Shown here one piece after another: positions 8,419-15,539 of a stretch of 16,223 nucleotides of DNA. Origin of the DNA: an uncultured Deinococcales bacterium (GTDB taxonomy: Bacteria > Deinococcota > Deinococci > Deinococcales > JAAFIG01). Made by a program: the position numbers and the translations under genes. A model generated the notes under the pieces. The model was not told where the DNA came from and searched no databases. It saw only the letters and a list, made by a program, of their open reading frames with translations. The stretch lies in assembly GCA_964244895.1 (NCBI GenBank), contig CAXTKV010000038.1:1-16223 (forward strand), given 5' to 3'. Each line of letters begins with the position of its first letter. Position 1 is the first letter of the stretch.

Positions 8419-10707
8419 TCATAGGCTGCGCCCCGCGATCAACGGCACCGCGATACGGGTGATCAATTGCTCGAGCATCGCCCAGACGATCCGCGACCCG
8501 ATCGGCAAGTGCGCGCTCTGGATGGCGGTGTACTCGAGTTCCGGCTCGCCACCGCGACTGCGCTTGAAGGCCGCCACGCCGCTCGAGGCGTGCAAGTCCA
8601 CGCCGCGCGCGTGGGCTTCTGTAGAAATCATGCTCGAGAGCATCCGGTACAACCCGGTTTCTTTGGGAAGCCGCGTGTCGTAGCCCAGAATCGGCACGGT
8701 CAAGTATCCGCCGCGCACGAAAAAGCCGATCACGCCATCCATGCGCCCGCCCCGTTCCAGCGCGCGGAATTCGAGCATTCCGGTGCGGGCGGCCATCTCC
8801 AGGAAGGCGGGGGTGAATCGCGGGTTGTGGCGCGAATATTTTTCGATGTACAAGAGCCTGTACAGCTCGCTCATCCGCTCGAGTTCCGCCCGCGATGGTT
8901 GCAGCACGGATCGCACCAGATAAGCGCTTTCGCGCAGCAGCTTCGCGTCCTGGCGGACATCGCGCTTGCGTTTGAAAGCCGCACTCGCGGTCGGCACGAA
9001 GGTCACGCTGCGCGCCGGGATCAGCCTGTAGCCCAACTCCCTGAAATACTCGGGCAACCTGGAATCCCTGCCGTGGACGCTGCGCATCCCGATGGCGCAC
9101 GCCGGGTACGCCCTCGTTAACGCACCCGTGACGGTGCGCAATTCCTCGATCGTCAGGTGCGGGTGCAGGTTGGTGGACACGAGCGCGTTGTCCACCAAGA
9201 CCGCGTCATCCACCCGCCCGAATTGCAACAGTTTCCCCAACCCGATCAGCACCCAACGGAGCGCCGCCTCGAGCGGTGGGTTGCGCAACTCCCGCAGCTC
9301 ATCCAGCGCGTAGCTGACGTAGTGCGTGAAGGTTGAAACCACGTACGCGTTGCCGGGCTGAGCTTTCGTGATGGTCACGGGCAGCGCGTGCCGTCCGACG
9401 CGCAAGGAAGTGACCGCGCAATCCAGGTTTTCTGCGAATTCTTTCGTGTCGCGCCGCATCAGTTCCGGCAGGAATCCAGCCGCCCAAGGCGCATCACCAT
9501 CGTCGGCGACGCCCAACTCGGCGTTGACCGCACCTTCCGGCACGAGCTCTTCGCCGTTCCACTCGATGTCCGCCGTGGTCGCGGCCAGCAGACTGCAGTT
9601 CAGGCGCAGCGCCTCGCGCGCATTCTCGAGGACGCAACGCGCCTGGTGCGCGAACGACAATCGGTCTTCCGGGTCGCGCAGCGCGTCGCGGCTGCGGTTC
9701 CAGGTTTGCAGCCAGACCTCGCGCCCCTCTGGTTTGAGGACTGCGGGCAGCGCGTAAAACAGCATCGGCATCCCGAGCTTGGCGGCTTTTCTTGTCGCAA
9801 GAATCGGCGTCTCGGGCGCGCCCAGGTACGCGCGTTCCAGGTGATCTGCGGGGCTGAACAGATGAACGCCGCTGGTGGCTCTGGGGTTGCATTCCAGCAC
9901 CGTCAGACCGGATTGGTTCGCGATCAGATCGAAGGCGATCTGGCCGCTGAAATCGAGCGCCGCGCAGATGCGCTGCGTGATCTTCAGGGCTTCGGCGAAG
10001 CGCGGGTCGGTCGTCTCGAGGCGTATGAAGCTGACGCTCGCGCTTCGACCGGCCCGCCAGCCGGGACGGTACAGCGTGAAGGCTCGCACGCGCCCGCGCA
10101 GGCAGACCGCGAACGCGCAGCATTCGTCGCCCGGCACGAAATCCTGGGCCAGCCACGGTTGGGCTCGGGTGATGCGCGGCGGGTCGGGCAAGCTCTGGCC
10201 GGCCTCCAGGATGCGCGTCTGCGCGCCGAACCTCGAGTACGCCGGTTTCAGGACGCGCTTGTGATCGCGAGGCAACGCATCGAGATCCTGGCGCGACTCG
10301 AGCAGGCGCGTTCGCGGCACGCGAACCTTGATGGATTCCATGTGTTCGACGAAACGCATCTTGTGATGGAGGCTCGCCAGCACCTGAAACGGTGGGGCGA
10401 AAACGCGTTCGCGCCAGTCGGCGTGCTCGAGATCGGTGATGCAGGCGGTCAGCCAGAAGATTTCCTCGCAGGTCGGAATGACCGCGTCTATGCGTTCGCG
10501 GCGCACGATCTCGGCCAGCGCGCGCGTGAACGCCTGGGGGTACAGGCGCGGTTTCGGCACGCGGAACTGGGTGTTGACGAACCTGGAACCTTGCGTCAGG
10601 TTGTACTGGCTGTCCGCCACGAACACCTCCAGTCCGGCTCGCCCGAAGGTGCGCGCCAGCTCGAGCGTCACCGGGGCTCGAGCGCCCGTCAGCAGCACGC
10701 GTTTCAG
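8419..10707 (-). CDS. ATP-grasp ligase fused to a GNAT/FemAB-like domain
   Basis: N-half has IPTCEE, LKPAYSRFG, WLAQDFVPG, AFDLI and ECNPRATSG, ending DIEWNGE near 9550. C-half has PILGYD, GLYRML and SSGVAAFKRSRGG. Start is GTG 10698, or CTG 10707 with better RBS spacing. Confidence 0.85.
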   Translation of the reverse strand: MKRVLLTGARAPVTLELARTFGRAGLEVFVADSQYNLTQGSRFVNTQFRVPKPRLYPQAFTRALAEIVRRERIDAVIPTCEEIFWLTACITDLEHADWRERVFAPPFQVLASLHHKMRFVEHMESIKVRVPRTRLLESRQDLDALPRDHKRVLKPAYSRFGAQTRILEAGQSLPDPPRITRAQPWLAQDFVPGDECCAFAVCLRGRVRAFTLYRPGWRAGRSASVSFIRLETTDPRFAEALKITQRICAALDFSGQIAFDLIANQSGLTVLECNPRATSGVHLFSPADHLERAYLGAPETPILATRKAAKLGMPMLFYALPAVLKPEGREVWLQTWNRSRDALRDPEDRLSFAHQARCVLENAREALRLNCSLLAATTADIEWNGEELVPEGAVNAELGVADDGDAPWAAGFLPELMRRDTKEFAENLDCAVTSLRVGRHALPVTITKAQPGNAYVVSTFTHYVSYALDELRELRNPPLEAALRWVLIGLGKLLQFGRVDDAVLVDNALVSTNLHPHLTIEELRTVTGALTRAYPACAIGMRSVHGRDSRLPEYFRELGYRLIPARSVTFVPTASAAFKRKRDVRQDAKLLRESAYLVRSVLQPSRAELERMSELYRLLYIEKYSRHNPRFTPAFLEMAARTGMLEFRALERGGRMDGVIGFFVRGGYLTVPILGYDTRLPKETGLYRMLSSMISTEAHARGVDLHASSGVAAFKRSRGGEPELEYTAIQSAHLPIGSRIVWAMLEQLITRIAVPLIAGRSL

Positions 10708-10771
10708 TGGGAATCTCCGGGCACGCGTTCATCGTGCCACGCGCGGGGGCTGGTGGGATCAATCGATGAGC

Positions 10772-10815
10772 ACACCGTCCGGCACGCGATACAAAATACG
10801 CGTGCTAGACGGTAT
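10772..10815. repeat. REP/MITE-like palindromic element
   Basis: ACACCGTCCGGCACGCG (10772-10788) / CGCGTGCTAGACGGTAT (10799-10815), an imperfect inverted repeat between divergent genes. Confidence 0.75.
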
Positions 10816-10903
10816 TCCCGAGAACAACCCCGCCACTGGACGGTTTCGACCGGACGACCGACTCGAGGCTTCACATCCCGAAATGCCGTAAACTCGCCCG
10901 GTC

Positions 10904-11449
10904 ATGAGATCCCCTCAACCCCTGTCCACCGCGCTGTGCGTGCTCGCGTTCACGGTCTTTCTCGCCGCCTGCAACTCCGGCGGCCCGCGCCAGGGGCCGC
11001 TCGGAGAGACGATCTACCCCAGCATTCCCGGCGGGGATCACACCAAAGACCAGGGCGAGAAAGTCAACTACGACCGTTACCCGCCCGTCGGCGGCAAGCA
11101 CGCCTCCATCTGGCAGAACTGCGGCGTGTACGACACCGAAATTCAGACTGAAACCGCCGTCCACGCCCTGGAACACGGGGCGGTCTGGGTGACGTACAAG
11201 TCCAGCATCCCGGAATCCGACAAGGGCAAGCTGCGGCTGATGGTGGTCAACAAACCGTACCGTCTGCTGTCCGTCTACGACGCGCAGGACGCGCCGATCA
11301 TCGCGACTGCCTGGGGGGCGCAACTCAAATTGCAAGCCATGGACGAGGACAAGATCGAAAAGTTCTTCACCCGCTACCAGGGCACGGATTCGCTCGCGCC
11401 GGAACGCGGGGCGTCTTGCGTGGGCGGCACGGGCGTTCCCCGGCAGTAG
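10904..11449 (+). CDS. DUF3105-family lipoprotein
   Basis: Signal peptide with lipobox LAAC. Motifs PPVGGKH, NCGVY, VHALEHGAVWVTY, ATAWG and APERGASC. Confidence 0.88.
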   Translation: MRSPQPLSTALCVLAFTVFLAACNSGGPRQGPLGETIYPSIPGGDHTKDQGEKVNYDRYPPVGGKHASIWQNCGVYDTEIQTETAVHALEHGAVWVTYKSSIPESDKGKLRLMVVNKPYRLLSVYDAQDAPIIATAWGAQLKLQAMDEDKIEKFFTRYQGTDSLAPERGASCVGGTGVPRQ

Positions 11450-11462
11450 AGGTTTCAGTGCT

Positions 11463-11504
11463 GAAGCTCGAGAACGCCGCGCGGCGTTCTCGAGCTTCTC
11501 TTTT
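11463..11504 (+). terminator. Perfect 36-bp palindrome followed by TCTTTT; probable intrinsic terminator related to the repeat family
   Basis: GAAGCTCGAGAACGCCGC|GCGGCGTTCTCGAGCTTC at 11463-11498, between convergent genes. Confidence 0.65.
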
Positions 11505-11547
11505 GGAATTCGGTGAATTCTTCCCTGCCGCTGGGGCGATGCTCGGG

Positions 11548-12267
11548 CTACCTGACCCGCGCGAAATCCGCGTCGGTCAGCGCCGGGTTGATCACGGCGG
11601 TCTCGACGCTCGCCTGGAAAAACTTCTTCGTGGCGACGTAACCGATGCCCTGGAAAGGAATCTGGATGCCGTCCACGGTTCGGTAGGCGCTGTAGACGGT
11701 CACGATCTCACCGACCTGGGGAATCTGGGATTTTTCAGCGATCAGAAGACCGTTCGGGTCGAACAGGTACGCGGCCTTGACGCCGTGCGTGGTGGCGTTC
11801 ACGGCCTGACCTTTTTGATCCGCGAAAGCCTGCGCGCCGTCCACGGTGGCGGCCTCGCGGTCGCCGCCGAAACGCAGGCCGTACCAGCCCTGGTACAGGC
11901 TCTCGCGCAGCGGGCTGGCCTGGACGTTGGGCAGCTTGATGGTTCCGGATTGTTTCGTCCACGACCACGCATCCGCCGGCGTGACCTGATCTATTTCGAG
12001 CAGGGTTTGGCCCTGGTAGACCTCCAGCCGAAGCCGTTCGCCCGCGAAATCGGCGGTGGTGAGGGCGGTGATCCGAATGGCCGGGTCGCCGTTCGGCGCG
12101 TAGTAGGTCACGTCGGTCGTCTCTCGGTAGAATTTGAGGTTCTCGAGGGCGCTGCCGCCGTGCGCGAGCCTGGCCTTTTCGAGCAGTTGGCTGGCTTGCG
12201 GCGCGACGGCGTTCTGCGCGGCGGCGAGGCCGAGGGCCAGGATGGTCGTGATGAGTCTCTTGAACAC
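11548..12267 (-). CDS. Secreted beta-rich hypothetical protein (possibly LolA-like / lipoprotein-sorting fold)
   Basis: GGAGG RBS at 12272-12276 precedes GTG 12267. Signal peptide MFKRLITTILALGLAAA. Motifs AHGG near the N-terminus and YSAYRTVDGIQIPF...INP near the C-terminus. Confidence 0.75.
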   Translation of the reverse strand: MFKRLITTILALGLAAAQNAVAPQASQLLEKARLAHGGSALENLKFYRETTDVTYYAPNGDPAIRITALTTADFAGERLRLEVYQGQTLLEIDQVTPADAWSWTKQSGTIKLPNVQASPLRESLYQGWYGLRFGGDREAATVDGAQAFADQKGQAVNATTHGVKAAYLFDPNGLLIAEKSQIPQVGEIVTVYSAYRTVDGIQIPFQGIGYVATKKFFQASVETAVINPALTDADFARVR

Positions 12268-12339
12268 GCTGCCTCCGAGGGGTAGAGCCATCGTCGCGGA
12301 TGGTTCTGAAGAACCAATGTGCAAAGGATTGATCCGCAC

Positions 12340-12411
12340 TCAGATTCCGAGCTGATTCTCGAGTCAGATTCCGAGCTGATTCTCGAGTCAGATTCCGAGC
12401 TGATTCTTGAT
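12340..12411. repeat. 24-bp tandem repeat x3 spanning the yceH-like stop codon
   Basis: TCAGATTCCGAGCTGATTCTCGAG at 12340 and 12364, and TCAGATTCCGAGCTGATTCTTGAT at 12388. Confidence 0.95.
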
Positions 12412-13056
12412 CTCCTCGAGTTCCGCCCTGAGTGCGCGAACCTCGCTCTCGAGGGCTTCGAGGCGACCCGCTTCGATGCTCGGGCTGTTCTGCGCGGCGC
12501 TCGAACCCACGAAATCGGCCTGCATGGCCGCGATGCCCTCATTGCCCATCAGCGTGTGCGCCCAGCGCGCATCGCGGGCTCCGGGCAGTTTCTCGAGCCT
12601 GACGACCAGCTTCTTGACGGGTCGAGTCGCCAAGGCGTTCAGCGCCCCTTCGACCGCCTCCAGGCTGGAAAAGCTGTGGATCGGTTCGCAGCGCCCGCGA
12701 AGCTCTCCGATTGTCTGCGCGCCGCGCAACATCAGCACGCACAGCACCGCGTGCTCGTCGGGTTCCAGGCGCAGTTCTCTGGTCAGCAGTTGCGCGTACT
12801 TCGGTACGCGCGAACCGTGTTCGTGAACCACGCTGACCAGCCTTCGGTCGCGCATGCCCTCGAGCGTGCCCATGACCTGAGATTCCGTGTAGTTCAGCAC
12901 CGGATGGCGGCTGTTTTTCTGGTTGCAGCCGTTGGTCAGCGCGTTCGGACTCATCGGGTAGTACGCGGGCGTGGTGACCTGCTTTTCCATCAGCACGCCC
13001 AGCACGCGCACTTCGGCGTCCGAGAGGGTGAAGTCGATATCGATCAGGGGTTCCAT
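12388..13056 (-). CDS. yceH: YceH family protein (DUF480 / UPF0502)
   Basis: EVRVLGVLMEKQVTTPAYYPMSPNALTNGCNQKNSRHPV, LMLRGAQTIGELRGR and a C-terminal coiled coil. Start is ATG 13056 or 13077. Confidence 0.92.
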   Translation of the reverse strand: MEPLIDIDFTLSDAEVRVLGVLMEKQVTTPAYYPMSPNALTNGCNQKNSRHPVLNYTESQVMGTLEGMRDRRLVSVVHEHGSRVPKYAQLLTRELRLEPDEHAVLCVLMLRGAQTIGELRGRCEPIHSFSSLEAVEGALNALATRPVKKLVVRLEKLPGARDARWAHTLMGNEGIAAMQADFVGSSAAQNSPSIEAGRLEALESEVRALRAELEEIKNQLGI

Positions 13057-13139
13057 GGCGTTCCCAGCGTAATACATCGCGCGGTCTTGGAAGGCTTGAA
13101 CCGGGCTCGAGGATCGGGCTCGAGCATCAAGAAATAACG

Positions 13140-13185
13140 AACACCGTCCAGCACGCATATTCATTTTCGCGTGCTGGACGGTGTT
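13140..13185. repeat. REP/MITE-like palindromic element, best conserved copy
   Basis: Perfect 17-bp inverted repeat AACACCGTCCAGCACGC / GCGTGCTGGACGGTGTT around a 12-bp AT-rich spacer. Confidence 0.9.
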
Positions 13186-13236
13186 TAGCGGGCAAACCTC
13201 GAGATCTACGATCTTCTCGAGTCTGGCGAGCTGGGT

Positions 13237-13740
13237 TCAGGACGCGCGCTGAAGGAGCGGCCACAGCGCCGTCAAACCGATGGCGGCGACCGCGAGCGCG
13301 CCGACCAGCCACCAGCTGCGATTCTGGGCGTTGAGCTGCGGTCGCGCCAGGCGCTCCTGCATCCAGTACGTGACGCGGGCGCGGGTGATGGCGTCCACCG
13401 GCTCGAGTTCGCCCTCGCGGAACCACAGCGCGTCCACCAGCGCCGTGCCTTCCTGCGGCATTTCCCAGACGACCACGGGGCGGTCGCCGTACAGCCCTTC
13501 GAGGGCTTCGATGGTCATGGGCACGCCTTCGCGTTCGAATTGGTTCTCGAGCTGAACGAATTCCAGGGCGGCCCCATCAACGCTGTCGGCGCTGGAGTTG
13601 AAGACCAGTGGGTCATCGTGCCAGGACACGAAAAAGCGCGCGCCCTGCGCGGGTTTTTGTCTGCGCTCGGCGTGGCGCACCTGACGTTCCTGGCCTCTGG
13701 CGCTGTTGCCGTCCGCGGGGCGCTCCAAAATCTGGGTCAT
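13237..13740 (-). CDS. Hypothetical protein with a C-terminal membrane anchor
   Basis: 167-aa ATG ORF co-oriented with its neighbours. Hydrophobic tail WWLVGALAVAAIGLTALWPLL. Confidence 0.7.
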   Translation of the reverse strand: MTQILERPADGNSARGQERQVRHAERRQKPAQGARFFVSWHDDPLVFNSSADSVDGAALEFVQLENQFEREGVPMTIEALEGLYGDRPVVVWEMPQEGTALVDALWFREGELEPVDAITRARVTYWMQERLARPQLNAQNRSWWLVGALAVAAIGLTALWPLLQRAS

Positions 13741-13827
13741 GACTCAGCTTGAGGCAGACTCATTGTTCACGATGTTCATTTTCGACATCGGGTGCTCGAG
13801 CCCCCGCCCGACCTCGAGACCCCCTAC

Positions 13828-14412
13828 TTATTTTGGTCGCGCCAGCACCAGCGTCCAGTACGACGTGTACTTCGTGCCCTTCGATGCTCGCATCACCAGA
13901 CCGACCTCGGTGAATCCCAGGTTCATCAGGTTGGCGCAGTGACCTGGACTCTCCAACCAGCCGCGCATGACCGCCTCCAGGGACGCGTAACCCGCCGCGA
14001 TGTTCTCGCCGACGGCGCTCCAGGCGTAACCGGCTTTGGTGGCCCGAGAGCCGACGTTGCTGCCGTCCGATCCCAGATGCGCGAAGAAATCTTTGGCGAT
14101 CATGTCGCGCGTGTGCGCCTCGGCGGTCGCCCGCAAGCGTTCGTTCCAGGCGACGCTCGGCGCGGCGGGATAGCGTTGCGCTCCGCAGCTTCTGGCCTGC
14201 GCCCTGGCCGCGTTGATCTGCGCGATGGCCTGCGCCTCGAAGGTCGCGGGTTGAGAAATGGGGGCTGGCTGGCTCGGGGCGGGTTGGCTCGGGCTTGTCG
14301 GCGAGGGACTCGTTGGGGTGGTCGGTGCGCTGGTCGTTTGCGGTCGCGCCGCCGGGCTGCACGCGGCCAGAGCGATCACCGTGACGATTGCGAACTCGAA
14401 CCGAAATTTCAT
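13828..14412 (-). CDS. CAP (SCP/YkwD-like) domain lipoprotein
   Basis: Lipobox LAAC, Pro/Thr/Ser linker, FFAH, GENIAAG, WLESPGHCANLM and YWT. Confidence 0.93.
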   Translation of the reverse strand: MKFRFEFAIVTVIALAACSPAARPQTTSAPTTPTSPSPTSPSQPAPSQPAPISQPATFEAQAIAQINAARAQARSCGAQRYPAAPSVAWNERLRATAEAHTRDMIAKDFFAHLGSDGSNVGSRATKAGYAWSAVGENIAAGYASLEAVMRGWLESPGHCANLMNLGFTEVGLVMRASKGTKYTSYWTLVLARPK

Positions 14413-14418
14413 CCGCGC

Positions 14419-14424
14419 AGCCTA
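14419..14424 (-). promoter_or_regulatory. Putative -10 box (TAGGCT) of a leaderless transcript
   Basis: TANNNT lies 6 nt before ATG 14412, with no SD. Confidence 0.55.
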
Positions 14425-14483
14425 TCGAGCCGGAGGATGTGATTGGCGAGGAAATCCAGCCTCGAATACCCGGTTAAACGCTA

Positions 14484-14682
14484 AAAACACCGTTCTGGAC
14501 GATATTTTACAACATGAGTCTCGAGAAAACCCGTCCGGGACGGTGCGTTTGCTGGTTCGCTCGGCCACCTCAATCACCGTTTCGCGACCGCAGCAGTCCA
14601 GTCGGTGCTCTCGAAGGTGGCAAAAGACAAAAGTATTGCCCGAGCGACACTGGATCAGTCACGAGAATACCGTCTGGGACGG
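14484..14682. repeat. Three degenerate short copies of the palindromic element
   Basis: AAAACACCGTTCTGGACGATATTTT (14484-14508), CCGTCCGGGACGG (14531-14543) and GAGAATACCGTCTGGGACGG (14663-14682). Confidence 0.7.
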
Positions 14683-14764
14683 GCTGGCGTGCGGGTTTTG
14701 ACCAGATAAAACCCGAACGCCGTGATTCGATGATCTCAACCTCGGGCGCGCCCGAATACTGATC

Positions 14765-15334
14765 ATGGAAATCCTGATTCTGATCCTGACGCTGATCTTC
14801 ACGCTGGCCTGCCTGGGCATCGTCCGGGTGCGAGAAGCCTTGCTCGAGCGCCAGAAAACCGTGGCTGGCGCCTACGCCACCATGGACGCCCTGTACAAGA
14901 TGCGCCACGACCTGATTCCCGGCCTGACGACCTCGCTGCGGGCGCACGCGTCCGACGAAGGTGAACTGTTGGAGCGGCTGATCGGTCTGCGCTCGCGCGT
15001 GGTCGAGGATCGCCTGTCCCGCGACCCGATGCGCCTCGAGATCGAACTCGGCAAAGCGCTGGACGAGATGGTCGGCCTGTCCGAATCTCACCCGAGCTTG
15101 CAAACCGATTCCCAGTTTCAGCACGTCTGCATCGCGCTGGGTGACATGAACGCCCAGATTCTCGAGGCCAGAGCGCAATTCAACACTTGCGTCAACGCCA
15201 TGAACGCGCTGGTGATCGGCTTTCCGACCAGCCCGGTGGCCAAGTTGATCGGGCTGCAACCGTCCCGCCCGGTGCTGATCGAAACGCGCGCGCTCCAGCC
15301 ATCGTTCGAGCCGATGCTGGTCTCGTTCGACTGA
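14765..15334 (+). CDS. lemA: LemA family protein (divergent)
   Basis: N-terminal TM helix, KMRHDLIPGL, ESHPSLQTDSQF, ARAQFN and FPTSPVAKLIG. Confidence 0.8.
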   Translation: MEILILILTLIFTLACLGIVRVREALLERQKTVAGAYATMDALYKMRHDLIPGLTTSLRAHASDEGELLERLIGLRSRVVEDRLSRDPMRLEIELGKALDEMVGLSESHPSLQTDSQFQHVCIALGDMNAQILEARAQFNTCVNAMNALVIGFPTSPVAKLIGLQPSRPVLIETRALQPSFEPMLVSFD

Positions 15335-15373
15335 ACCGATGGATTCCTCGTCTGATTGAACCGATGGATTCCT
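15332..15373. repeat. Direct repeat (17 bp identical, 25-bp period) starting at the lemA stop codon
   Basis: TGAACCGATGGATTCCT at 15332-15348 and 15357-15373. Confidence 0.9.
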
Positions 15374-15379
15374 GATCTC

Positions 15380-15439
15380 GAGAACACCGTTCCAGACGGT
15401 GTTTTTTGATTTCCCAGAAATGCGTCCAGGACGGTGTTC
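15380..15439. repeat. REP/MITE-like palindromic element
   Basis: GAGAACACCGTTCCAGACGGTGTT followed by GCGTCCAGGACGGTGTTC, the same layout as 1736-1799. Confidence 0.8.
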
Positions 15440-15480
15440 CCTGATTTCGCGCCCGGTCTGACGGTCTGCTGAGCCAGCCT

Positions 15481-15489
15481 TGTTAGAAT
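15481..15489 (+). promoter_or_regulatory. Putative extended -10 promoter (TGtTAGAAT)
   Basis: Close match to TGnTATAAT, about 50 nt before ATG 15540. Confidence 0.55.
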
Positions 15490-15539
15490 TGCCGCAGCTC
15501 GAACCGATCACAGAACCCTGCCCGACGAAAGGAACCAAA

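Noticed and set aside
9388..11151. Long antisense or alternate-frame ORFs (e.g. 9388..11151 +, 9494..10762 -, 4986..6140 +, 3020..4105 -, 14570..15559 -, 11416..12285 +)
   Set aside because: They overlap well-supported genes, show no family motifs, and are expected shadows in high-GC DNA.
14255..14340. Repetitive PSQPA/PTSP coding stretch
   Set aside because: It is an ordinary low-complexity lipoprotein linker.
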